A DNA stretch of 62,781 bases, filler included, from Choristocarpus tenellus KU-1152 (taxonomy: Eukaryota > Protista > Phaeophyceae), in NCBI GenBank assembly GCA_964200185.2. It is 12 parts of 12 records of this genome, joined end to end, with 100 filler letters (N's around TTAATTAATTAA, not from the genome) between each part and the next. Parts side by side here need not be neighbours in the genome. Positions count along the whole stretch, not along the records: positions 45,838 to 48,709 come from CAXNAD020024039.1; positions 48,810 to 52,351 come from CAXNAD020019366.1; positions 52,452 to 56,086 come from CAXNAD020018826.1; positions 56,187 to 62,781 come from CAXNAD020007795.1; 8 more parts are not named here. The stretch is one strand, 5' to 3'. A program made the translations under genes and the position numbers. Below, in pieces: positions 48,101 to 60,202 of this stretch (the first letter of the stretch is position 1; each line of letters starts with the position of its first letter). Below the pieces are notes generated by a model. That model did not search any database and was not told where the DNA came from. It saw only the letters and a program-made list of their open reading frames with translations.

Positions 48101-48828
48101 GAATTGAGGTACAATCCCCACAGGTTCTTAAGCTTCTTTGTTTGGCTCAAAGGCATATAAGGAGGCAAGCGAACTGCCAGGAAGTGAGAATTATGATTTG
48201 TAGGAAGGTTATGGCAAGGTTGCTATTTATTTTAAATAGTCGTACAGCACCAGAGGAAGAAACTAGGAGATCGATGCTCTCATGCATGAACAGGTCTTTT
48301 GTAGTGAATGGTATCTTGGATGAAATCATTTTGTTTCGTTTTAAGAATGGTCAGCTGTTGATGCTTACAAGCAAGCCTTGGATCTCCATTTAGTAGATAA
48401 GATGAAGTGGTACACCAAACCTTTCGACATTTTTGTGGCGGGCCAGGTCATGGCGGTTTTGTGAGCAGTACCGCTCCTGGTGATGGTGGCACAAGGTGTC
48501 ATGCACGACTTGCACAACCCAAAGAAACCGTTTTGATCTAATCAGCTTATCTTTGCGATTCTCAATCTGACCCAAAAACAGCTGATCATCAAAATTGAGG
48601 ATGGGCAAGACCCGGAATGGTGCGGGGAAAGTGTATATATATTTTTGGTCAAAAATATTTCGGTGCTTGTGGAGGGCACCGCTACGATTTGGAAGCGACC
48701 TCGACCAAGNNNNNNNNNNNNNNNNNNNNNNNNNNNNNNNNNNNNNNNNNNNNTTAATTAATTAANNNNNNNNNNNNNNNNNNNNNNNNNNNNNNNNNNN
48801 NNNNNNNNNATCGTAGCCAACAAACTGT

Positions 48829-49003
48829 GACCCAAAGTATCTGGGGGGGGGGGGTCTACACCAGGGGGTCCATTGGGTTATGACCAGGAAAGGTGCACTT
48901 ACATTATCCATCAGACGTGTGCAACCAAATTACACAAAAATGGTGACATTAAAAAATTGACCCCAAATGGACAGCCGCCACCCCCCCCCAGATACTTTGA
49001 GCC
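48829..49003. mobile_element. MITE family B, full copy with 4-bp TSD CTGT
   Basis: GACCCAAAGTATCTG(n)...C(n)AGATACTTTGAGCC, flanked by ctgt. Confidence 0.92.
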
Positions 49004-51375
49004 CTGTACTGATGATAGAATATTATCTAGTTTGGTGAAGAGACAAGTCTTGGTGGACGGCTCCTCCCTTCGCATGGTCAACACACTGTTCTGTGTTGCC
49101 TGGCAATGTACATTGCTTGAAGTTATACCTGCGGCCAGTACATTGTGAGAACCAACAGTACTGGAAAATAGCGTCTCCATGTACCATGTCTACGAGTAAA
49201 AGTATCTTAGAGGGTACGAATTTTGCCCTGTTTGTCCATTTGGGGCTTGGATTCCCTTGGGGGTTTTATGACATTTTTCTACTCCAAAATATTTCAGAGT
49301 AGGTAAAATGTATATGTTACGAATAGGTGTGTGAGGAACGAGGACATTGACACTTCCTAACATGATAGCCAAAATTACATCGAAATCGCAACATTGGATT
49401 TTGGTCCCCAAATGGACGCGACTCTACGCTCTAAGATACTTTGGCTCTACCCAGTACACACTGTCTTTTATACCTGTGAGAGACTTAACAGAGCTTGACA
49501 GCAGCAGCATTGGAGTTGAGCCAGGGGCATATCAATCACTTCAATTTGGAGCTCGTTGATCAAGTCGTCAGGAAGCTGTTGGAACCTGGCGAAAGGGAAT
49601 CGTGTGAGGCTCATAACCTGTTGGAACTTGGGATTGAATTAATCGTGTTCTTGTACGGTGACAGGTTGGTTGTGGTGAAGGGCTGTTATAGTGCAATGAA
49701 ACACCGGCGAATTCGTGCTGATGAACCTAGTGACATGCTTTGCACAGTCAGAGGTTATTTGGTACAGTGATGTTGGGTATTCCTTGGAACATTCAAAGGA
49801 AGAGATTCACGCTCTGTGCAGAGGCTTGTCACCTTGTGAAGAAGGGTTTTGTGGATGATTTAACTCTGAACAGATGGCATCCAGTTATTTATTAGGTATA
49901 CTTAGTGTAGAGTGAGGTTGGTGTCTAAGTGGGGGTAAGTCCAACCAGGAGAAATGTATGTATGAGATAGAATTGGCGGTTCTGTTGTGAACATTAAAAC
50001 AAAGAAACACACTTGAATCAATTTCTGGGTCAACTCATGTGTCACACTCGATGCTTGCATGTTTAATAGATGCCCACTGTTCCATACTTGCTATGAACAA
50101 TGGAGATTTTACAATAATTGGTGATCCTATGATGTTGTATCAATGTTGCAAAAGGTGAGTAACGACCAATACTGATGTGCGAATCAACAGTCAGTATGGA
50201 CTGGTAATACCGTATTGTACCCATAACACAAAAAGTCCATTTTTCAACAGAACCCACTCCGTTACATATTTCTCTGCACCACCATTTTCCCTTGAGGTCG
50301 ATTGTTGTGGGCGATGGACAAAAGATACATGTATTCTGATCTCGTTTCTGACAGAAGTGTCATGATCTGCACTCTTTTTTTCAAGTACTACTAACCTTTT
50401 TTAGGATGTCGAATTGGAAGTGCCCCCTCACACATATTGACTAACAAGTTCTCCATTACATATTGACAAAAACATTGAGCTTCACTAGAATGAGGCATCT
50501 TTGAGTTCAAAAAATAAACCCTGTGGTTCAGGACCAGGCAGATGACTACCTCTTCGTAATTCCCCCGCTTGTCTTCATGTAAGAGAGTGTGCATTTTGTA
50601 ATCAGAATGCGATTCCAAAGACACAACTTCTCTCCAAACAAAGGATCATCAAGAGTTTCCTGCCCAGGACCTCGGAGTTTACCCGGAATGCCAAGACCCT
50701 TGATGTTGGTGAACTTATCAGAAGATCTTCATGTGCCTTGAGAGAGTCAGAGAGGAGTTGCTCTGAGGGTTTGACGCAAAGGGGAGTAGGGTTATAACTG
50801 GAGGGACGAGGCTTTGTGGGATTCAAAGTTGTGATTTGTTGTTGAGATATGTTGATCTCGAGTGGAGGGGGTCACGAACGTGAGACAGGGTCCTGTACTG
50901 ATGAGAGCACCCCCAGGTGCGTGAGGGTTTTGGGTGATTATGTGAGGACTTGATCTGTACCTGTCCGACATCTCCACACTAGTTATGCAAATGCTAAGAC
51001 ACAATGGTAGGTCCTGAATCACAAGTAGCCAGGATACAAAAGAGAGCAGATAAATTACGAGAGTGAATGAAGAGAAGGTTTCCTTGTGAACTCCAATATC
51101 ACTACAACAGGAATCAAGCATAGAATCTACTTGATATCTCAGATTCAGAAAGCAAACCGTAGAGATAGTGTGGCAGGAGATGCTGCAATGCATGGTCATG
51201 CGGTCATCTCCTCTTCTCGAGGGCGACTTTGACGCCATGCTTTGATGGGCTCACCCATTTGCCTGATGGCTCAATTTGGAGAGGAGTTCTCCTTGGAGCC
51301 ACTTGAGTTAGCGTTGTGAGCAGGCCCAGTCCCGTGCTGGCTCTATTTGAAGAGAAGCGTCCCAACACTAAAACT
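49004..51375 (-). pseudogene. Possible highly decayed CDC20/Fizzy-like gene fragment
   Basis: Weak motifs in the expected order: GRFSSNRAS (C-box-like), SKENSSP, SRVLAFR, and GSHNVLAAG..SSVQ (first WD40-like repeat). They lie in different frames. Confidence 0.3.
49194..49447 (+). mobile_element. MITE family A, full copy (TSD TAC, or CTAC with one base lost)
   Basis: GAGTAAAAGTATCTTAGAGGGTA...CTCTAAGATACTTTGGCTC. Confidence 0.9.
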
Positions 51376-52719
51376 CATTTGGTGGGCATATATTCTATGT
51401 GTCGGCAAAGCCTCAATGTTTCAGCACTGAGATAACTCGCTTGATGATACAGTGTAGCAGCGTCAATGCTCGAGAACGTAGGCAGATACTGTTACCCAGA
51501 AGATTGCGAAATATTAATATACGAAGGACCACTGACTTGTAACGTCGACATTCTAGTGAGCCCTTAGGTCCCTAAACGTCTGATCACCACCACCCAGTAC
51601 TTTAAGCAAGCAAATATTCCACACAGAACAATGGCCTGTGCAACAGAACTTGTCTGGCCACAACGAAGCCTTACCACCACGATTGAGGTCTTATGTGTTC
51701 CTTTTTGGGGTGAAGTGATAGACATGATGGAACAGGTGTACCGTTTCGTTGTGCTTGCCACAGAATCCGTCGATATCAACGTATTACATATTGTGCAATA
51801 TAGGCTGGTAGTCTATATGGTTTATATATGTTTAGTGACCATTATTGGGTAACAGAAATGTTGACAAAGTGGAATTAGTGACGTTTATATGAGTTCGTGT
51901 GCTTGGAGCGACAGGTTCGAAACTCAAATGATTGATTTATTATTACTTGATCTAAATGGATTGACGGAGGATTATTGACGTAGTACTAACATAGGAAAAG
52001 CGATGTAATATGACCAACGACAAGACACATTTCGATATGTCTGCTGACGCGTGCAATAAGATAATAAGAGAGAGCACCCCCCACCACCGAGGGCTGTGCT
52101 CACTCCGCTAATAAACAAATCCATACCACACAAAAGCAAAATACGCTATTATTTGAGTAGCTCTCTTTTGCAAACATATGCATACATATATTTGGAAATT
52201 TTACCAGGTTCGAGCCTGTGCATTCCTTTGGCACAGAAGCTGGTAGACTGCCTCTGACCTACAACGTTTAAATCGGATCTGAGGCTAATATTGTATGACA
52301 ACCATTAACAGCAGATTCTCAAAATTGAGGATGGAGCGGGACTATGAGGATNNNNNNNNNNNNNNNNNNNNNNNNNNNNNNNNNNNNNNNNNNNNTTAAT
52401 TAATTAANNNNNNNNNNNNNNNNNNNNNNNNNNNNNNNNNNNNNNNNNNNNTTCATGTCAAGTAAGAAGTGGCAGGCTTTTTTTTTTACAGAGGGATGGG
52501 ATGGAGAGGGTGGAGGGGGGCATATGGAAAGGGTCGAGGCGATAAAGGCTAGACTGACCTGATCGAGCTATCCCCTTCAAAGAGACCAAACAATTCAATT
52601 CCCCCCTCACATAAATTCACAATCGTATCACAATCTGCACACCATCTACTAGAGAGTCCCTGCTCTCACAAAACCTAATACCGCAACAAACGCTTCCCAA
52701 CAAAAACTACAGGATTTGC

Positions 52720-54006
52720 TTACCTCAGATCTAGGGGCAAGGATGGACCGCGAGAGCTTGGACTGGATACTGTGCTTCCTCCCCTCAGCGCTGCCACTCT
52801 TCTTCTCCTTATTTCCTCACGGAGGAGGCGGGCTTGGCCGTAAAACACCTCGACGAACGCAAATTGGTGGAGGCTGTTCTCGCCGTCAAAGTAAGGCGTG
52901 CTCATGTACGAGTCGATGTCTTCCTCCACCAACGATAACTCTACCCTGAACTCCCTGGTGGACAAGGCTTCAATTTCACGGTCCAGTTCGGGTAGCATAT
53001 CCCTCCACCTTTCCACATTGATCCGGTGCTGCACCCACGACATTCCTGGATTGGTCGGCCCCGCAGGGAGAAGGCGCACATCGCCGACCCAGCCGACACT
53101 GTCGTTGGCAGGAACATTCTCAAGGATATGTTCACTGTCTCCATCACCTCCCTCAGTACTGTCGCTGGTCTCTTCACCGCCAGACGAATCGTACCCCTCT
53201 TCGGGATCAGCATCTTCATCTTCCTCTTCTCCCACGACTGCCTCCCAGTACCCAAGGCCATATACGCTGCCACCCGTCTCTTCACCGCTTGATGAATCAT
53301 ACCCGTTCGGGAAGGCGTGGACATAGGTCGAGTGGATGCCGGCCTCCCCTTCTCTCACCACTGGCGGCCAGTCGTCAAGGTTAGATTCACTGTCTCCATC
53401 ACCTCCCTCATTGCCACCACTCATCTCTTCACCACCAGATGAATCATGTCCTTCGTCGGGATCCGCGTTAGGGTGGGTGTGGAAAGAACTTGAGTGGATG
53501 CCGGCCATATCTGTATCTTCAGCCTCCTCTCCTCCCTCGACTGAAGTTCAGTCGGCAAGGCTAGATTCACTGTCTCCATCACCTCCCTCAGTGCCGCCAC
53601 TCGCCTCTCCACCGCCAGATGAATCATACCCTTCGTCGAGATCCGCTGCTCCAGTACTGTGCACAAGCTCGGCCTGGGAGTCTTCTTTCTCTGACCCAGG
53701 ACTGACTCCCACCTGCTCCTCTGTATCGTGGACGTGCGTAGGACCGGGTTCAACAATAGCCTCCTGACGAGAGGCTTTGGGTCTGAAGCGACGTACGTTC
53801 GCCTCGAGATCCATGAGGATACAAAACATGGATCGCGTGAGTCTATGCCCGTCGTGGTCGGACAGAAACTGCCTCAGGGCGTCGTTGGCCGCTTCATACT
53901 TTTCCATTCTGCGTGTGATCGCCCTCGTGAACATCGCTTTTGTTGCTGGGTACACTTTGCTTTTCAGTTCTGAGATAAACGGGTTGTCAGAGAGATCGAA
54001 AGGCAA
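52720..54006 (-). pseudogene. 429-codon acidic-repeat ORF of unknown function with one internal TGA (53548-53550)
   Basis: ORFs 53548-54006 and 52720-53508 share a frame. There are four G(Y/H)DSSxGxE repeats, three of them followed by EGGDGDSE. Confidence 0.5.
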
Positions 54007-54411
54007 GGTGTGAGCGACAGACAGGCAGGTGGTAGGATTTCTATAAATTGCCCCAAAAGATATCTTCTAAGAGTTGTCATTCTTAGGTGCAGTATGGTGG
54101 CGTACATGTAATCTGTCACCAAAACAGCTGCTGATATCTCCTACACACCGTTCTACTGGTACTGCTGTACTAACTGTAGCGCACTGCACTGTACTCGCCT
54201 CTACTTCATTCTTCACTTCATGTCTTTGTTGACTTGGTTGAAGATCCATGTTTCTCTTCAAGAACGTGTACCATATTGGGGAATGAATATTAACCTCTCT
54301 TCTACCTAAAATGTATAGTAAAAATTGTAGGTTAACATAACCAACCACATCAAAGATCAAAATCTGCGGGCGGACGGCGATCATCGCCAAACGTACACAC
54401 ACCTTCACCTT

Positions 54412-54669
54412 GAGCCAAAGTATCTTAGAGGGTAGAGCTGCGTCCATTTGGGGGACAAAATCCAATATTGTGATTTTGATGTAATTTTGGCTATTGTGTT
54501 TGTTAGGAAGTGTCAATATCCATGTTCTATACACACCTTTTCATAACATACATACTTTGCCTACTCCTAAACATTTTGGAGTAGGAAAATGTCATAAAGA
54601 ACACATGGGAAGCCAAGTCTCAAATGGAAAAACAGGGCAAGCCTTGTTCCCGCTAAGATACTTTCACTC
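54412..54669 (-). mobile_element. MITE family A, full copy (TSD CTT, or CCTT with one base lost)
   Basis: GAGCCAAAGTATCTTAGAGGG...CGCTAAGATACTTTCACTC. Confidence 0.9.
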
Positions 54670-55496
54670 CTTACTTGTTGTATCCTTGAGCACTCAAAGC
54701 CTCAGAGGGAGTACACTGTAGGCGTGTTCGGTGCCGACATGGAAATGCTCAAGTCCAAGGTGTTTCTTTTATGTTGGTTTAGGTGTCGGCACGTGTTTTG
54801 ACTCTGTTGGATCCATGTTTGGGTTACAATTGTGAAGTTTAACCGAGTTCGGCACTTTCGGTCCTCTCTCCATTAGGTGTTTGGAAAAGGTTTTGGCAAC
54901 AACGGTTTCTGAACGAAACACTGTCGACCTTGGCCAGATTGGTCTCTATGGTGTGTGCGCTTGGAAGTGCGAAAATTTGGACGTTGACTTCAAAACAGGA
55001 GTGCCAGAACACATGTTTTAGTGTAATGTTATCCTTCGCGCGATGAAGTGAGGGGCGAGGCATGGTCGTAAGGCTTTTAGACCAAATATGTCACGTATGA
55101 GGTACGAAGGACGAACACCCGTACGGAGAGAAAGATGTGTATCCTCGAGGCTTTGCGCTGTAAACGCAGGTTTGAATTCGTGCATGCGAACTCGTCCGAA
55201 GACTGTCCATTTGTAGGGTCATAGTGGTTGCTCTCTTTCTCTGTCGGCGATCGTGTGGACATCAAAAGCGATTCGTTGTATTAGGCTGGCGTGCAAGGTG
55301 CACATCAGAAGTCTTGAGTTATATGTCATATGTTGATTTGTTTTTCTTGGCTGGCATGGCCCCCCCATAAGACATCAAGGTCACTCAGAGTAAAAGTGCA
55401 CCTGATACACACCTGGATGCAATACATTTAGAGTTGGAATATTTAGATGGAACCCAGGACCATCTTGGAGTAATGCGCACTTTGCTGATCCCAATT

Positions 55497-55756
55497 GAGT
55501 CAAAGTATCTTAGAGGGTAGAGCCGCGTCCGTTTGGGGTCCAAAATCCAATGTTGCGATTTTGATGTAATTTTGGCCATTGTGTTTGTTAGGAAGTGTCA
55601 ATAGTATCCTTGTTCCAAACATGCCTTTTCTTAACTTGCACATTTTACCTACTCCGAAAAAATTTCAGAAAACGAAAATGTCGAAAAAACCCATTGGAAA
55701 CCAAGCTCCAAATGAACAAACAGGGCAAACTCGTACCCTCTAAGAAACGTTCACTC
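55497..55756 (-). mobile_element. MITE family A copy (no clean TSD)
   Basis: GAGTCAAAGTATCTTAGAGGG...CCCTCTAAGAAACGTTCACTC. Confidence 0.88.
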
Positions 55757-56384
55757 GAATAAATGATGTAACTATGAATTTCTCACGTCCTACACTACTC
55801 ACCGGCAGCTATGACTGGTCAAGATTTATAACATGTACGTTACACGTTCTAATCTTCACGTAGCTCATTATCACAATTTATTCAACCACTGTCAGAATAG
55901 CACAGTACATGGGAAGCATAGGAAAGGTCGCTACCTATCACACATACAGGCATACTATGTGTGTTAAAACACAGGCTACTCATCTGTTTGTTCCTTCATA
56001 CGATACAGTTCCACCAGTCAACACTGACTGATGATTGGTCTGTTACGTTCTGGACACTACTTTCACTAGTTCGTCATCACCACATCNNNNNNNNNNNNNN
56101 NNNNNNNNNNNNNNNNNNNNNNNNNNNNNNTTAATTAATTAANNNNNNNNNNNNNNNNNNNNNNNNNNNNNNNNNNNNNNNNNNNNTTATATGAAACTGT
56201 GATACAATGATACGGTTTGATGCATTTGAATTCGCACCCCTAACCCCTATCTAAGTGAATACATCTGTTTGTTAACACTCTGCAACGCTGCACAACCATG
56301 GCTACTAATTGCATCACCATACATGATAAATAGAGTCCACACCTCTTGTCCAGGCTGTGCAACACTGCTACTGTATTCTTGGTC

Positions 56385-59300
56385 TGGGTAGAGACTTGCA
56401 GTTCTCGCTCGTGGCGATCCCTTACCAATGTCTCCAAGTAACCCCTTCCAAGGTGTTCAAGGGCCTTGAGGTGCTTCTAACATTGGGGTTGGGGTTGGGG
56501 TTGGGGTGGGTTGGGATGGGGGGGAATTGACAGAGGGCAACTGGTCACTCCTTGGTCTGTCAATTCTTGAGTATACTTAGAAGCATATCAATGCGAGAAT
56601 GAACCTACCCTCTTAAAAGAAGAAAAATGAGGCACATCATTGGTATCTGTCCCCCGTGCTTGACATCAAAACTACAACTGTACCCCACAAGAACCTTGCA
56701 TCGCACATGGGTGGGGGGGGGGGGGCTGGGGGAGAGGAGGGACAATAGGATGGGGGACAATCTCCTTCCTATCCACCTCAGGCGTTTGGTGTGCGAACAC
56801 ACCTCAGGGGAAATTTCGGAAGAAATTTCAAGGAACGGGGAGGGTAGCCAAACCAAGCGCCGCATACGATAATAAAAAAATTACAACAGGAAGGCGTGCG
56901 GGGGACAAGGCACTCTATTGTCGGTTCATGGGAACAAGAGCTGCACTGCAGTGTAGAGGAGCAACACTCCAAGGACGAAGCAAGACTAGACATGTAGTAG
57001 ACATGTAGACAGGAGAAGGTGATAATGTATGTCAAAGGGCTTTAACCCTTCCCGCCCGACCTTCCGACAGTTGCAGGACGAATAACCTGAGATACAGACT
57101 AGTCATAGTCACAGCTGGATAGTCACAGAAACCGCTCTCTCATCTATATTCCGATAAATGTAGAGGCAGTACTACTATTAGCAGAAGCCTCCCACTCGAC
57201 TTTTTTTTTTTGTAAAAAAAAAAAGAGACGTAAGGACTTAAGCTCTGTGCGCACTGTGTCCGCCTTCCTGTGACACTCCTCAGTGCCCACTCACTAGGTT
57301 CTTGTGATACCACTACACGACCCGAGTCACAGCAGCGGAGTCCAATACTGTCGTGATATGCCAACAACACCTTTTAAAAATAAAAAAAAGAGGCCAAGGT
57401 GCTATCTTTGACAAATCCGCAGGAAATTGCCCCGCTAGATCCTCTGCCCAAGCATCTTTTCTTTTTTTTTTCCATCTCTGTCTCACGGACAAAGCAAAAG
57501 ATAAAAGAGATAGTAAAAAGTATTTTTAATTGAATTATGCATTTAAAAAAAAATAAATAATAATAATATTTTTTCTACCGATGAAGGGAGCCGAGAAAGC
57601 AACCAGCCGTACCAGGGTGTGAACCAAAATAGGCATCTGATTTTGTTCAGGAGACGGCCTGCGACCTTGTCAAGACGCTGAGATAAAATTACTACACTAA
57701 AGAGTAAGTAGGTATCTACAGGAGCATCAGCAATGTAGTGGTACCTAGTATCTCGGCAGCTACTTCTAAGAATACTGCTGGCTCTCTGGTGTAGTGGTAT
57801 ATTTATCCATACACAAAATCGGAGGTGGTGGGCTTTAAACCCTGGGATGACTGGTCACTTTCTCTTCATCAGGAGAAAAAAGGATGCAGTGAGATTTTCC
57901 TATGGACAACTGAACGAGAAACACGAGATGGAGTGAACTGCCATGGGAGTAGGCAAGGGCAAACGGGGTAATATCCCCTGGATTAAGTTGGGAACACTTG
58001 GGCCTCTACATTTGTTGAGATGTTGATACACCACTACACAATCAAGGGAGTAGCTGTACACAGGAGCCTCAAAATCTCAAGATGCATGATTCGGCAGCAA
58101 AGTCGAGCGATAAATTCTCTCAAAAGCAAATTAAGCAAATTATGTCCATTGGCAGGCAACACCGTACAAGGCAAGGACACAATATATATACAGTGAGACA
58201 CAATATATACATCGAGTGAGACCTTTCTCCTCTCTTAGACACACAAACACACACATCCATCATGATTTGGCCCCGGGGGGAAAGGGGGGAGAGGAGCAGT
58301 GTTCATACCTGTGTCATCTCTACCTTTCGGTTAAGGTACTCATAGTACCCTCGAGTACACCGCTGGGCATCTCTACGCCCACCCTCTGAACCCACATTCC
58401 CACCCTCAGATCGGCCACTGGGTCCCCTTCTGACCAAGCTTCTATCCTGGTCAGTCTGTATTACATGGCTTTGGTCAGTTCCCTCAGGATCCTCCAGCAC
58501 ACCTCCCTGTTGACCCTCGCAGGAAGAACCAGGTGCAAGACCTGAGGTGGTAATGGGGGTCTCATCGATGGCCGGGGAGGTGGCAGTGGCTACAGCCCTG
58601 GAGCTACGACACAGAGGTTGTGGTGCACCTCCAAGAGACTCAAAGAGAATGGTAATGTCTGGCGTTATGGGCTGAGACAGAGCGAGGAGAGTCTGGATCT
58701 TGATGCGATCCTGGAGAATGATTTTAGTGTCAACAATGGAGAGACAGGGAGCGTGAGGGGAAGGAGGTTGATGGAGTGCGCACAGGAAGTAATAAGCTTT
58801 AAGCCTATTTGTTCTACGATGTTCAACATATATTTGGGCGGGGCGGGGTTGCTGTGGTGTGGATGGATTTGACCTCGTTGAAGGTGTAGGCAACAATGAT
58901 GTCTGTAGGGAGGTCCAGGCTTCAAAATGGTGGCTAATTCTTCCCCTGGATTTTGGATTTCTGCTTGTGATTGAAAATCTACTGTACACGTAGCAACAGT
59001 TACAAGGATATCACAGTACCATCACAAGATTCTAGTTGGATAAATTGCCGGGAAAAAAAAAAAGATCTTAAGTCAAACACAGTGGTCTCAAATGATTCAT
59101 TTGATTGAATCGATCGATTGATAAACACACACTAGTTTGATGCAAGTTGCACTGGTGCTTAAACAATTTGCAGATGTTGTCATGGGGAAAGAAGCAACTT
59201 AAAACATGCCCGGGTCCATGGTCAGGAAGGAAAGACAAACAGAGAGAAGGAAAAAAAGGAAGCATCCAACAAAAAGAAGCTAGACAATGCAACATACGTA

Positions 59301-59956
59301 TCAAGGGACAACTTGTAGATATATGACTGCCCAAAGAACGGAGTAAAAGGGGTCCTTCTTTCTTTCCTTACCTCATGCTGTTCACGACGTATTTCTGTGA
59401 TGACCCTCTCTCTCTCTCCCATGAACTGAACCTCCTTCTCCACCTCTTCCGATACTGTCTCCATTTGGTCTTTAAGGGTGCAAAGCTCCTCCTCCTGGCA
59501 TTGTCTCTCCCACTGCAGCGATATACATACGAAAACGTGATCCCAAAAGAAACGAATCCCTTGCTGAGAAGTTTATTGGGCGGAAGTTATAAAAATCACC
59601 TTAATCAGCAAGTGCTAACGTGCAAGTGCTTTGGTGTTTAGAACCATGATGTAGCACCAAAAAAGTTTAACGGGTCTGGTTGGTGCATACTTGAAAAACA
59701 CGAGATTGGACAATTATCACTACCGGATTTTAATGGTATCTTACGAGTGTGCCTCAATCCTGAAAATATTCTGTCAATTGTGTTGTCCACCCATGCATAC
59801 AAGGTATAATTTAAAAGTGGAATGGGAGTGAAGCCAAACCTCGAGTCGATGCTCTTCCTCGAAAGACGGCTGCACAAGGGAGATCTTGTCCAGGAAAAGT
59901 CCACGTTCGGTGTCGATATTATCCACAGCCTCACGATAGAACTCCTTGATGGCCAT
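56385..59956 (-). CDS. CCDC77-like coiled-coil protein, 5' exons ~59840-59956, 59372-59515, 58309-58711 and probable ~56780-56865, ~56385-56477; partial
   Basis: Spliced MAIKEFYREAVDNIDTERGLFLDKI..EEEHRLE|WERQCQEEL..QHE|DRIKIQTLLALSQPITPDITILF resembles the CCDC77 segments YYxxK..QHKLE and DRKKIQHLLAL..EVTYF. Canonical GT/AG sites are present. Confidence 0.55.
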
Positions 59957-60202
59957 TTTAGCCCTCCGTGGACAACAGTAGATGGTCCAACAATGGGGCT
60001 ATGGGACTATCGTAACTTTTATAAGGAAAAGCGGGGGATGGATACTTGATTTCAACGCAACGCCTCTGAATAAACCATCAAAACCCAACATTCATAATAC
60101 TTACCAAAAAGTCCCAACAACATCAACATGTGGCTTTTGTGAGGGAGGGTGCAGGACAGAGACCAGTAAAGTGTCTAATTTTATGAAAATATGCCGTGGA
60201 GT

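Noticed and set aside
53548-53550. TGA recoding (Trp or Sec) as an alternative genetic code
   Set aside because: CAND1 and the SUMT gene use TGA as a normal stop and TGG for Trp, so a single nonsense mutation suffices.
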